A DNA stretch of 64,000 bases from Eledone cirrhosa (lineage: Eukaryota), in the NCBI GenBank assembly GCA_964016885.1, contig OZ024743.1, positions 304,110,001-304,174,000 on the forward strand, written 5' to 3'. The translations under genes were made by a program, and so were the position numbers. The notes under the pieces are model-generated. The model had not been told where the DNA came from. It saw only the letters and a program-made list of their open reading frames with translations, and did no database searches. Position 1 is the stretch's first letter, and each line of letters starts with the position of its first letter. Positions 39,720 to 53,287 of the stretch are shown piece after piece.

Positions 39720-40110
39720 TCCTTTTTATCCTAACCTGACCTAAGCCAAACCAAGACATAGGATCAGCAATGTCTTTAATGGTAGCAGGAAATTTGCCAT
39801 GAAGTGCCTTTTCTTTCCATGTCTGTTTCTCTCTAAAGTCTTTGTTGAATGATTTTGTACCTTGAATTTATTTTATATAGTCTTCCTTCGGAACTTCTCT
39901 GATTAATGGTTCTTCAGTTAATGTCAGTCCCACAAGCTGTTGCACTCTCTCTGTACATATTGCTCAGCAGAAATTCTCTTAAAGCATAGCCTTGTAATAT
40001 TTTTTCTTGGGTGTAAGCACCCATTACCAGTTAAGATCTTACATGTGCATCTATCAATTATTTCAATAGAGGGAAATAATAATCCAGCACCCACTCATTC
40101 CATCTTCCTT
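39720..40110 (-). mobile_element. Decayed R4/Dong-like fragment
   Basis: Minus-strand translation near 39790-39820 gives WKEKALHGKFP, compare WQEKSLYGKCP in the 33161 ORF. Confidence 0.5.
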
Positions 40111-40301
40111 CTCTCTAACTAACTAAAGTGTAACGAGCGAATGCACCCAAAGAATGCGGAGTTTTTTGGCGGGTGGATTTGTGTGTGTATTTCTGTGAGG
40201 ATGAGTATCTGAATGTTCAACAACGCAATACAATTTAAAAGAAAGACTTTCATTATATTAGCAGTGTGTTGTCATTATTGATTTTGTTATTGTTATTGAG
40301 A

Positions 40302-40501
40302 NNNNNNNNNNNNNNNNNNNNNNNNNNNNNNNNNNNNNNNNNNNNNNNNNNNNNNNNNNNNNNNNNNNNNNNNNNNNNNNNNNNNNNNNNNNNNNNNNNN
40401 NNNNNNNNNNNNNNNNNNNNNNNNNNNNNNNNNNNNNNNNNNNNNNNNNNNNNNNNNNNNNNNNNNNNNNNNNNNNNNNNNNNNNNNNNNNNNNNNNNNN
40501 N
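40302..40501. other. Assembly gap (200 N)
   Basis: Run of N. Confidence 1.
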
Positions 40502-40588
40502 GATTTGAACTTAGAATGTAAAGGGCTGTAACTCTACGCTGCAAAACATGTTGTCCGACGCTTTAAAGATACTGCCAATCCACCACCC
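40502..40588 (-). mobile_element. SINE 5' half, cut by the gap
   Basis: gatttgaacttagaatgtaaagggc...actgccaatccacc. Confidence 0.75.
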
Positions 40589-40779
40589 TACTAATATTAA
40601 CGATAGTAATAAAGATAAGACCTTCAACTGTGATAATGATAATATTTTTTTCTAGCGCCGCATAACCCGTCCCAATCTAGTAATGATTTCAGAAAACATT
40701 GGTTTTAGTGCAACCTGAAATTCAGTAATACTCTTTATGATTGGTTAAATGTCGAACGTCAATAGTTCAAATAACGATG

Positions 40780-42165
40780 TAAAAAAGGCTGGGACTTCAT
40801 GTGAAAGGCTCTCATCCGGCAAGTGTTCCCTAGCCAAGCAACAGGGATATGGCTGTCCTCCAACTATTGCTGTTGTCAGAGGAAGAACAAAGAACGAGGC
40901 AATAACTAGCTAGAGGAAAGAATTCGATTAAACTATAATGTAATGTTATCTGAAAAGTGGTCCCACATAGAATGGCTATAGAAAACGAATATATAAACTA
41001 TGGAACGATATTGTTCTATTTGAATTAAGAGAACAAACATTAGTGGATAAGGCTCGAGTATTAGGAACTAATGGGTTGATAAACGAGTTGGAATTAGAGC
41101 AACTTAGTAAAGAGATTAAGCTGGAAATGAAAATTGCGGTAGATCATGAGAAGTGAATCAGGCAAATGAGCCAGTAGAAAATGCTGTTGAAGTGGATGCA
41201 AGATTCAATGATGTAACTGAAGAAGGCAATGATCTAAATATTGAGATAAATAATCTCGGGAGTAAAGACATGTATATTAAAATAATGAACAATGAGAAGT
41301 TAGGGCAAGATTATGATGATATTCTGAATTTAATATTGAATAATATGAATAAATGTAGTGAAAAATCTATGAATCTCAGATATGTAAACAGGAAACCTAT
41401 TAAAAGAAGCTACAGCTGAGGTAAACAGGGTAATCGCATACCTTGAGGTGCATACCTTGAGGTGAGGATTCCTCATCAAGGAAACAACATTCGCAAAAGA
41501 GTAGCAAATGTGGTGGGAATATAGCTTGGTAACAAAGCGAAGGAAAACAGACGAGGAAGGAAGAAGAATCTAAAGATAAAAAGAGCAGACATAACCAGTA
41601 TAGACAAAACCGCATGTTCGACAGCAACCAGATGTTAGTTGAATAAGTAGAAGGGAAATTAGCAGGCCCGGATGGTGTGAAAGGATATTGGTATAATATT
41701 ATAATGTTGTTGATAGAAATCGATCACGTAAAGTTACACGGAGATATCAGGATGCAAACAGATAAAGAATTGGAACAGAATAGCTTTGATATGGGGAGTT
41801 TTGAGAAGGAAATAAATCTTGCTTGATTGAAGATGTAGCGTGCCATTTGACAGAAGAGTGCACGAAAAGATTCAGAAAATTAACCGGAACCAACATTTGG
41901 GGCTGCCATGAGATGAAGGTCATCCCCATCGTCATAGGAGCACTAGGTACTGTCTCATCGAGTTTCCAAGGCTGGCTACAGAACATTAGACCCCCCCCCC
42001 CCATACACACACCCTCTTCGTTTTAGAACATTTCAAATGAAATGACTTCTGGGAGAAGCAGGACCCTCCGACAGATAGTGTCATGTTATTCATTTGGGCA
42101 AATGATTCGATTAAATAACATATAATGACTGAGCTCTCAATTTCATAATAATAATAATGATAATA
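40780..42165 (+). mobile_element. Decayed, internally deleted R4/Dong-like element
   Basis: 41820-42140 aligns with the 3' end of 10213-12406 (IWGCHEMKVIPIVIGALGTVS..FQGWL) and is followed by an (AAT)n tail. 5' boundary approximate. Confidence 0.65.
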
Positions 42166-42166
42166 A

Positions 42167-42626
42167 TTGCTTCCACAATAGTCACTAGGTCAGCAATTTT
42201 GGTGGGAGGGGAAAGTCGATTAAAACGCCCCAATTCATTAAAGGTGTTTTATTTATGAATCCCGTAAGGTGAAGGGGTTAGAGCATTGGGCTTGCAATTG
42301 AAAGTTTGTGAGTTCATTTCTCGGACCGGGTGATGTGTTGCTTCCTTGAGCAAGACATTTTATTTCCCGTTGCTCCAGTTTACTCAGCTGTAGAAATGAG
42401 ATGATAGGACTGGGGTCCCTATCATTAACTTACCCAAGAGACGTCCAACGAGATATACCTTGGAGGAGGCCAGCTAAACCTGCAAAGATGGAAGCTGTCA
42501 CACACACACACACACCCCGTAAGGAAGAAAGGCAAATCTAACCTCGGCTTGATTTCAATTCAGAACGTAAAGGGCTATATCTCTATGCTGAAAAGCATGG
42601 TGTGCGACACTCTACCGATGCTGCCA
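42167..42626 (-). mobile_element. OK-like SINE split into ~42167-42270 and ~42516-42626 by an insertion containing a second SINE type (+, ~42277-42400)
   Basis: ccc(c)gtaagg occurs at both breakpoints. The insert has gtgagttc...CCTTGAGCAAGACA..TTGCTCCAGT..ACTCAGCTG, typical of mollusc tRNA SINEs. Confidence 0.6.
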
Positions 42627-42639
42627 ATAATAATAATAC

Positions 42640-44745
42640 TAAACTCTTCTCCGAATATGGACCTGGATATTCACTTGAACGGTGACCTTCGCAACTCGAG
42701 CCCTCCAGCTCCTCCACTCCAGCTACACCTAAAAGAAACCTGGAAAATAATGAAATGGACCGCGAAGAGTGTAAAGAAGTAATATACACATATTCCTATG
42801 CTTTAGGTAAGCTATCACAATTCCTAATGAACCTGCAGAAAATAGCCAGGAAAGGAGCATAGAAACAGAATCAAACTTTAGGTGAAGAACACAGAAAGTC
42901 CATGAAGGTGTTGAAAGAGAAAATACTGAATGTGCTTGCAGTTGTAAGACATACAAGTATAAATGATAAAAGAACTATTTCAAAAATCAAAATACAAACC
43001 AAAATAAGAAATAATGATTGGCCGCCATCTAACGAAGCAAAGAAAAATCATACAAGAATTACTACCTGATCTTACTGACTTAAATTTGAAAGAGTAATTG
43101 AAACAAGTTGTTTACCACCAGAAAAGCAACGAAAGTCTGACTTCAGAAGAACTCCAAAATGGAGGAGTAGAATCGAAAAGGATATTGACCTGATGACAGG
43201 GAATATATCTTTACTGAATGAGCTAATCTCTGGAAATGATGTAAGGTCCAGATAAGGAAGAAAGCTAAAGAAAGAATATGGACTTTCATCTAGAGATGTA
43301 ATAATATCAACAAAGGAGACACTGAAATAAAATGTCCAAGTAAAAGCCCAAAGTATACGTAGATTCGAGAAGCGAAAAAACTTCAACGGGCAAAATAAGT
43401 GGTTCACGTTCAATGCAAAATCATTTGATAGAGAAATGGGGAAGGAGAAATATATTTATTGAAGACCTTCCATCCATGGAAGAAGCTGAACATTTTTGGA
43501 GAAAGATTTGAAGTGATAAGAAGTTATATAATGCTAATGTGGATTGGATTAGTTACTTGGAAAAATCCTACACAAATTTACAAGAACAAGCGTGGAAAAA
43601 TATCTCAGTAGCAGAGTTAAGGATGGCACACATAAAGCTCATAATTGTAAATATCCTAAGGTGCCAAATTCATGGCTTTTCTCGCGCCCGTGCACACACG
43701 AAATATTAGTCACGGTGTTCAATGGAATTATGAAAGATCCCAAAAGAAAAAGAAACACCAAACTGGATAGCAAGCAGCATTACTTAACTTCTCCCAAACA
43801 ACAATGAAACTAAAGACCCAAAAAACTATCAGCCCATACCCTGCTTGTCCACCACTTATGAAATATTAACATCTATCCTCATGGTGAAAACATGCGTATA
43901 TGAAGGAAAACAATATTTTCCCCATTGAACAAAAATGGAGCCGACGAGCTTCATAAGGTTGTAAAGACCAACTCATAATTAATCATATGATCCTTGTCAT
44001 AATAAGCGCAGAAATCTAGGCTCTGCATGGATCGATTACAAAAACGCTTTTGGCAGAACCGCACACTTGGATTCTGAAATAACTGGACATTTTCAAAATA
44101 TCACCTGTAATTTCAAACTTCCTGAACCATAATAAGTCATTCCGGAACACAAATGTCCAATTATTTCATTCCAATGAAGTACTATGTTCTAAAAAAAACA
44201 ATCATTAACTGTGGTAATTCTTTGCAACTGAATTTAATAGAAAAGGTATGGTTACAAAATTGACATCAAGAAAATAAGCCACCTATTTTATATGGGTGAT
44301 TTAAAGCTATATCGGAAAGACAATAACGAGCTTCAAGGCCTTTTGCGGACTGTAAAAACATTTAGTGATGACATCAGGGTGGAGTTTGGACTTGATAAGT
44401 GTACCAAGGCCACTTTCAAAAAAGGTAAGCGTATCAACTCAGACTCAGTTGAATTAGTTGTTAAAACTGTCATAAAAGAACTTGAGCAGGAACAAACCTA
44501 TAAATACTAGGAACAAACCTATCAATACTAGAAGGCTCTGTCATTCAGCATGCAAGTATGAAAGAGCGGATAAGGAAGTAATGTTACAGGAGAGTACACG
44601 CAGTTCTGAGATCAGAACTAAATGCACATAACAAGAAATTGGCCATAAATTCCTTGGCAGTTCCAGTTGTCACTTACAGCTCCGGTATGTTGAACTGAAA
44701 TATAAGTGAAAAGATCGACTCCAAAATTAGTAAATTTATAATCTG
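42640..44745 (+). mobile_element. Decayed R4/Dong-like RT remnant
   Basis: IRRFEKR, PKNYQPI, WIDYKNAF and YMGDLKLY..VEFGLDKCTKATF, homologous to 31887-33300. Confidence 0.8.
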
Positions 44746-46103
44746 CATCTGATATTGTAACTGGATATATGGAATAATTTGATTTTCTGAGTATAAAACC
44801 AAGTACGGATGATATAAACAAAATGTTGAATACAAAACAATACAAGGTCTCCACTCGTAAAACGCCAGCGTGGTTGACGAAAACATCTGTGTCACTATCC
44901 TGTGAACATAACGTTAAGGTAGGAGATAAATACAGCGTTTGTTCCATTCATTGATTGTATAGTTTTATTGTTGGAGAAATACATCATTAAACGTTTTAAT
45001 TTTCCAAACCTCGAAAAATAATGTTTTAATCCAGGGAATGTCAGTGAGAATATCAAATGTTATGTTGCTAAATTTGATATTTATCTTGTATTTTATTATA
45101 AATTCTACAGACATGTACGTAATGGTTATAGGTTTCCCAAATATACCAATGAGCTCTTTCTATGGTTTTCAACGAGATTTTACTGTGCTTTTTAAAATTT
45201 ATCCGCAGTTTCTGTTTACTTATTTGCTGTATTTCACAGGGGCCTTCTTGATGTTTTCCCGTCTATTACTTCCTACCTTAGATTATTATAGTTTGAACCG
45301 TTATGCAGCTGACGGATACTTTCGTGTGAAAGTAATTTCAAGGTAGCATTTCGAAAGTTGATTTCAAGAGATTCAAATCTGGTTTTAAATTCTATGGCAT
45401 AGTGATTGTTAATCAGTTTAGTCCTGACATAATGGAGTTTGTGGTTTATTTTGAGATAATTGGAAAGCTGACTGATATAAAATTTAAAGGAAAAAAATTA
45501 AGTAATAATAGCGAATTCATGAAATTTTGTATTTAGTCTCGCAGTTTGTTACTTTTTTAATCCCCTTGCCTATTATACAAATGTCCTCTAGCAGAGTTTT
45601 CATCAATGCAGAAAAGTGAAAGTCTATAGTTTACGTTCTCAGATACTTGTATTTAAACCTGGTTCACCTCGTGAAAATGCTCCAGCCAACAATTTTCCTA
45701 TCTCTTTGTTGATCTATGAAATGTATATTTATGATTTTCATTACATCCTATTTGCACATTCATATCTCGCAACTTGAGAAAAACATTATTCTTTCATAAT
45801 GTTAGAGAGAGAAAATTGTTGTTGATAGAAATCTATGACTTCGTATTTGTCAAATACATTAGCTCGATAACAATACGGAGAAACATTTCTCGGCCAATTA
45901 GAAAAGCGACTGTCCGTATGTTGGCAAATATACCTACTCCATCAAGAGATATTTTCCAGGCATTATAACCATTTTGAAGCTTGATGTGTAACATGTTTCA
46001 CTACATGGAGTAGAGTGGTTTTCAATGGCTGCTCGATGCATTCGCCATCCACACACATAACATAGGAAAGAGAACGCATCGTCTAAGTTTGCCCCTACAA
46101 CAC

Positions 46104-46108
<5 letters not shown>

Positions 46109-46160
<52 letters not shown>
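46109..46160. repeat. (TA)n microsatellite
   Basis: Direct reading. Confidence 0.95.
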
Positions 46161-46164
<4 letters not shown>

Positions 46165-46193
46165 AAAGAATAGAGGTGTAACACACAAGTTAT

Positions 46194-46584
46194 TATATAT
46201 TGGTAAACGGAATAGAAAATGCTGACAAATTGTTCACAGTTGAAAAATGGTTTAATTAGGAATAAAAGAGTATTAGTGATTGTATGGGTTAGTATTCAGT
46301 TGTGGTTTTAAGTTTTTAAGTTTTTACCGGTTGCGCATTTCTAAATGCTTTTCAAAAATAATTTTGAGATAGTGTCCGTGCTGTTTGCTCTGATCTGGCA
46401 AACAGCACGGACACTCTATCTCAAAATTATTTTTGAAAAGCATTTAGAAATGCGCAACCGGTAAAAACTTAAAAACTTAAAACCACAACTGAATACTAAC
46501 CCATACAATCACTAATACTCTTTTATTCCTAATTAAACCATTTTTCAACTGTGAACAATTTGTCAGCATTTTCTATTCCGTTTA

Positions 46585-46594
<10 letters not shown>
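46194..46594. repeat. Near-perfect palindrome with ~190-bp arms and a 9-nt loop (46389-46397), between (TA)n tracts
   Basis: tggtaaacggaatagaaaatgctgacaa...ctgtttgc pairs with gcaaacag...ttgtcagcattttctattccgtttacca; one 2-nt indel seen. Confidence 0.95.
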
Positions 46595-46625
<31 letters not shown>

Positions 46626-46943
46626 TGGCTCTACAAGGCTGAGTACATTACATGTAATCTGAGATTTTCGAATATTAATAATAATATTCGACTGAATTGT
46701 TAGTATTAAAAAGCGATAATACTGTCATATTTAGTCTGACTTAGAGATTTCCAAATTGTAATCAATATACTACTTTAATATGACTCACGTTGTTCTAGTG
46801 ATATTGTTAATTAGAACAAGCCTGTCAATCTTCCGTGAAAATGTTATTAAACGTTCAACTAGAATATATTGTTTAAAACATATATATGACTTAACTGTCA
46901 TTCAATCTTCAATATATCGCCCTATGTAATCGAGCGTACATAA

Positions 46944-49900
46944 TCTATATATATAAATCTGAGGATGTGTGTGTTAAGGTTTGTAAACGATTTAAGTCCA
47001 CATTTTCCAACGGATTCTATTCAAAGTCGGGACACCTATTGCTTTTGGTCAGGAAAAGGTCATGAAGCAAAAACATTTCAAATCCATTAACAATAAGGGC
47101 AAAAATCGATCATGATAATTCCCCCTCTCTATAATTTAACTACTTTACTCTCTCTGTCGCTCTTCACTCCCTATATGACAACACTGCAGTGGAGCGTTCC
47201 GTATTGGCATACGGCTTAACTGGGGTATTTTCAATCGGCTTATTGCAAATAACAATCCGCAAAATAACACTTCATATAACAGATTAATGCTATAGACATA
47301 TGAATCGGAATGTAACCCGTGAACTTTTTCTGGGCAAAATTATTCGAACAGACATGACCTCATGCCAGTGTCCAGACTGAAATTGGCTAAACCCATGGCT
47401 TTAATCAAAAAGGGTCAGGTATTTGGGGCTGTAAAATGTGACATGTTCACCGTCGAATAGCAAAAACGAGGGCTGCCACATGCTCACATCTTGATTTGGT
47501 TAGCTGATAAAATCAATTCAAATGCCATAGACAGCTTCATTTCGGCTGAAATCCCTAACCCAGCAACTGACCAAGAATTACATGACATCGTCAAAGCTAA
47601 AATGGTCCGTGTGCGTCGGGTCCTAATGAGCATCGCACGTGTCTGAAAGGGGGGGGTCGTGCAGTTAGGGATACCCCAAAATTTGTTGACGAGACTCAGA
47701 CTGGTGGCGACGGGTACCCCCTGTACAGGCGGAGATGGCCCGAGAACTGTGGCTTCACCACAACAGTAAAGGGAGGTCAAGTCGACAATAGATGGGTGGT
47801 CCCTTACTGCCCGCTTCTATTGAAGATGTTCAACGCCCACATCAACGTTGAGTTTTGCAACTCCGTCAAATCTATAAGATACATATGCAAATATGTAAAT
47901 AAGGGCTCTGATGCCGCAATGTTCGCATTTCAAGCTGAAAATAGCAGGGACGAGGTCACAGAATAACTGGCGGGGCGGTACATCAGTAGCAATTAAGCTT
48001 TTTGGCGCCTATTTTGTTTACCCCTACCTCAACGGCACCCTGACATCGTACAGCTTGCGGTACACTTGGAAAATGGGCAAAGGGTTTACTTTACGGACCA
48101 AACCGCCGCCAATTTGGCAGCCGATCCGAAACAGACCACTCTGACGGGTTTCTTCAAACTTTGCCAGTTCGATACATTTGCGCAAACAATTGTGTACTCC
48201 CAGGTTCCATCCTACTTTATATGGTCGAAAAACACTTGGGTGCGAAGAAAGTCAGGTCAGGCTGTTGAAAGACATCCTGGTGTAAAATTTGACAGCTGTC
48301 TTGGAAGGGTTTACACTGTGCCCCCATTTCAGTATGAGTGCTTTCATCTCCGCCTTCTTCTGCATGAAGTTGTAGGCCCACAAAGTTTTCAGGACCTCAA
48401 AACTGTTGATAGAGAAATATGTGATACGTACCGGGAAGCCTGCTTTAAGCGTGGTGTTTTGGAAGATCATTCGCAATGGGATTCCACTTTAGCAGAGGGT
48501 CCTTTGTTGAAATCACCTAAAAGTCTACGGGAACTCTTTGCCATTTCGCTTCAAAATTGTGAATTGTGTGATCCCAAATCTTTATGGGTCAAGTACAGAG
48601 ACTTTCATGTCTGAGAACTTTCTGCGCCTGACTCATCTGCAGTATGCATGGAAGTTGGTTACAGCAACATTATCTACAACAGGGGACTCATTGATATCAA
48701 GGACGCCCTCCTTGACATGGGTAGGAGTGAATTGGCGACGTATGGCTTGCCGTCAACCGTCAGAGAGGAAGCTAATACGTTGGGACCGGATTTGTTGCGG
48801 GAAACAGCATATGACATCGAATCTGTTTCCCAATACTTAGGGGAAAATGAGCCCAAACTTCTGTCAGACCAAAGGTTGGCCAATTTAACTATCATTGATG
48901 CGGTTCAAAATCAGACTGGGGGTATTTACTTCCTCTATGCTCCTGGGGGTACAGGAAAAACCTTTGTAACGAAATTGATTCTCGCTAAGATTCGTCGGGA
49001 GAATAACATTGCGTTGGCCGTTGCATCGTCCGGGATCGCTGTCTATTTGCTGTCGAGAGGCAGGACAGCACATTCAACCTTTAAACTCCCCTTGGAATTA
49101 GTAAAATCTGAGACACCAACATGCAATATCAGCAAGAGCTCACACGAAGCTCTGGTTCTCAAATAATGTTGCCTCATTGTTTGGGATGAGTGCACAACGA
49201 CACACAAGAGTGCCCTTGAGGCATTGGACAGAACCCTGAAAGACATTAGGGATTCTACGGCTCCTATGGGTGGCGTAACCCTTCTGCTATCAGGGGATTT
49301 TCGGCAAACGCTGCCTGTCATCCCCAAAGGGACAAGAGCTGATGAAGTGCGTGCCTGCCTTAAGTCGTCCATGTTGTGGCTCCAGGTAAAGAGTTTGTAC
49401 CTGAGCACAAATATGCGTGCTCATTTGCATGGTGACAACATGTCTGCAGCATTTGCTCAGAACATTTTAGCACTTGGTGAGGGCAAGGTCCCTGCGGATA
49501 ACAAGGGCAGCATAGCATTCGACTCCCTGTGCAACATTGTGAGAATCCCTTCTGACCTTTGGGAAGCAGTTTTTCCTAATGTCTTAACTTTAAAAACCTC
49601 GATTGGCTCAGCGAAAGAGCCATCCTTGCTCCGAAAAATACCATGGTTAATGTTATTAACGAGCAGCTGATTGAGAAGATTCCCGGTAAATAGCACATCT
49701 TCAAATCTATCGACCGGACGTCAGACCCCGACGATATCGTTAATTATCCGGTTGAGTTATGAAATTCCCTTGAGCCCCCAGGGCTCCCACCTCACATTCT
49801 TAAGCTTAGGGCTGGCTGTCCCATTAAGATAATAAGGAACTTGCGTCCACCAAAGCAGTGCAACGGTCCTCGCATGGTCGTCAAGTCACTGACGCCCCAC

Positions 49901-50542
49901 TTGATTGAGGCCACCATTGTAACGGGGTGCAAGAAAGGGGAGAATGTTTTCATTCCAATGATGAACCTTTTCCCCTCGGCGTCAGATATCCCGTTCGATT
50001 TCCGGCGATCCCAATTCCCGGTGAGACCATGTTTTGCAATGTCCATTAACAAGTCACAAGAGCAAACATTGCCGGTGGCGGGCATCCATTTGGGGGAGCC
50101 ATGCTTCTCCCATAGCCAACGTTATGTTGCCTGTTCCCGCGTAGGGAGCAGGAATTGACATGTTGCTTACACTCCTCAAGGGATGACACGCATTAACGTC
50201 TACAAAGAGGTGCTATAGATGTTGGTGCAGGTGTTTGAGGTGTTGGAGCTAGGCCGTCTTGAAAACTATTTCCTGGTAGGGTCACCCATGGCGGACAGAT
50301 CTGACACCTAGCGGCATCAGGGCCACCACCTTGCAACTTTGGTCTGCTAAATTCGCTATTGGAGGATTATTATCCCATCATTGATTGTCCAAAATGCTAA
50401 TTGGTTCGTAACTTTTAATAACCGGTTCAACTGCTTTATGCACTTAATTGATAAGCTTATTCGCTTTCAAGCCACGTTTACCTGTATGTAACTTTTTCAT
50501 AGAAAATGAACAAACCCGAGTAACGCCGGGCTAAACTGCTAG
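46944..50542 (+). mobile_element. Helitron, non-autonomous (5' part of Rep deleted, frameshifted)
   Basis: A|TCTATATATATAA 5' end. 3' hairpin CCCGAGTAACGCCGGG then CTAG|T. HUH motif VE*QKRGLPHAHILIW and YICKYVNKG. Pif1 helicase motifs APGGTGKT, GDFRQTLP, FAMSINKSQ and YVACSRV. Confidence 0.93.
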
Positions 50543-51009
50543 TATACAATAGTTCTGATATACATGTATACTCTACTCATACATAAATATCGATGCCTCT
50601 GTTGTATGCGTACAGTTTAAACTACTCACAGAAAGATGATATCTAAGTTTATTATATAGAAACAATGTATTTGTTATTGCAATAATTTAATCTGAATTAC
50701 GATGTTTTAGATCTAAAACTAATGAACAGACACAGACATACACTTACACACTTACTCACATATATATTATATATATATATAAATGTTTGTATGTGCCTGT
50801 GTTCATACCGATGGTGAGACTAATTAATGTCTTCAGCATGTAAATAATAGGGACTACCTCAAATGATTTGACTGTTGTTTGCCCTGTTGAGGATTCTGCC
50901 CCCAACCTAACATCAATAACTTCTTCGTGACATGTTTTGTATGGATATATCGGCACTTTTTATAAATGAATGAAAGGACTATAATTATAATTATAATTAT
51001 GACTGTTAT

Positions 51010-51195
51010 CGCTGCTGGATTGGCAGTATAGCTACACAGTCGGACATTACATTCTGATTTTAAATCCCGCTTAGAATAACTTTGCCTTTCCACATTACGA
51101 AATCGTTAAAATAAAGTACAATGCACTAGGCTCGTGTTCATCTACATTCCCCTCGCCCTGAATTGCGACCCCTGACCTAAATGCAGAACCTATTG
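51010..51195 (+). mobile_element. Decayed SINE (OK-like)
   Basis: ggattggcagt...tttaaatcccgc...actttgcctttc...aaaataaagtac. Confidence 0.6.
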
Positions 51196-51959
51196 CTGTT
51201 ATTATTTGTTTGTTGTTGTTTTTGTTTTTGTTGTTAATATAATTAAAATGAAGATTATATATTTAAGCACAAGATATTTTCTTTTCTAGGCAATGGCAAA
51301 TTTCGATTCTGCACATGAATTTATGATAAAATATATGTCCACAATTAGCACACAAAATAGGGTCACATTCATAGGGTCACATTCATGGAAAGGAACTTAC
51401 CTAAATGTTTGACAATAATATCCTTAAAGGTAAATCGATCACTTGTCCGGTAAATGCACCAGTATATCTTCACTTAGGCAACTACTGTCCAATAAGCTTC
51501 GAATCGGGTGATTGTAAAATGTCAATAAACTGTGATTATAGTATGTCACTTATTGAGATAGATATGCAAGTGTTACATCATTTCATATAATAAGCTATAT
51601 TTTGCCCTGTCATGCATATAACAAGCAAAATTTTATATCTAATATCTGAAAGCAATAATCATTTTACGTTTGTTTAATTTTTCTCCTTATCAGGACTGTC
51701 TCGTGATCTAGCATATATGTAAAACATAATATTTTTAGAAAAGGTCCAAAGTTTAATGGCAAGTTTAGATAATGTTTTGTTCTACTTTAACTATATGGGT
51801 GTCTCTTAAATAAAATAACTGGTATATGTTTCAGTTCTTTTCATTCAATAACATAACCACACTTGATTAGTTTGGAGATTCCTAAGGAAATTAAATAAAA
51901 ATGAAGGTGAACAGTGCAAGCACAAGCACAGGATCACACATATACAAACAGATATAAGC

Positions 51960-52007
<48 letters not shown>

Positions 52008-52012
<5 letters not shown>

Positions 52013-53018
52013 GCTGACGGTATTTCAGGATACATGTCATTTTTAGTCATTATTTTATTTGACTAATTGTTATTGAATTTGCATTTCAGAAAATAACAAT
52101 GAAAATAACTATGCTTACTAATGAAATGAAAAGGCATGCTGTGATTATCGCTTTGAAGGCTAAGCATGGTGATTTAAACATTTCTCGTTTTCTGAAAGCT
52201 GCAAGATCTTTTGTCCACAAGATTTGATGTGAGTTAGAGGAAAAAGTTGGAAGCGTATTATCTGTACCAAAACGTAAAATAAAAATGTCAAACGCTCTGA
52301 TTCTATCAGGCCACCTGAATTTATTCAGGAAGTTAAGCAAACCATTGATGACAATCCAGGAAAATAAATGAGGTCAATTGCAAAGAATGTTGGTGTGTCA
52401 GAATAAACAATCAGAAATGTTGTACATGAAGACATCAGATATAAATTTTACGTGATGAGGAGAGGTCAATTCATGTCAGAAAAAACAAAAGAAAAGCGTT
52501 TAATCTGATCCAAAAGACTTTTAAACAAACTTATAAATCCATCAGAAGATGGAGTGATTTGGTTTTTCTCAGATGAGAAAAACTTTGACCAGGACCAAAA
52601 AACTAACAGACGAAATAACAGGTGGCTATGTGCAGACCCTTCTCAGCTTCCAAGAGTAATGCACACAAAATTACCTGCAAGTGTCATGGTTTTGGGTGTC
52701 GTTAGCAATGAAGGACATGTGATGCCTCCTCACTGTTTTCCACAAGGCCTTAGGGTGAATGCTGCTGCCTATATTGAGGTTCTGCGTGAAGTTGTTAAGC
52801 CTTGGATCAACAGTGTATGTAATGGAAGGCCTTATGTCTTTCAACAAGATTCAACACCATCACACAAGGCTCAAATGACACAAGATTGGATGGCTGATAA
52901 TTTGCATGATCATATCACCCCCAACATTTGGCCTCCTAATTCTCAAGATCTCAATCCACTGGACTACTATGTACTGTTGAGAAAAATGTCAGTCAACACC
53001 CTCGTCGTTCAAAAATAA
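52008..53018 (+). mobile_element. Tc1/mariner superfamily DD37D (maT-type) transposon, defective, 3'-truncated, inserted at (TA)n
   Basis: FSDEK, FQQD and WPPNSQDLNPLD, with 37 residues between D2 and D3. Upstream HTH region contains stops. Confidence 0.85.
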
Positions 53019-53106
53019 ACGCAAATTTCGCAAAATTAAGAGAACAAACATACAAAAATATATACGTCTATATATACGTCTATATATATAGACGTATATA
53101 TTTGAC

Positions 53107-53287
53107 AATTGCAAACTTGACTGTCACCACATATTATGAACCTGCAGATTGCGAAAGCATGAAAGTACTTGTTCAATTAACACTTAACATTTAATATTCT
53201 ACCATACTATTTCATTCTAATACCATTATAACTTTTAAAGGATTGTAAATAAAACGAGTAAAGCAGACAAAGTTGGAATTCCTTTTA

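Noticed and set aside
40266-40544. ORFs spanning the N run
   Set aside because: Artefacts of the assembly gap.
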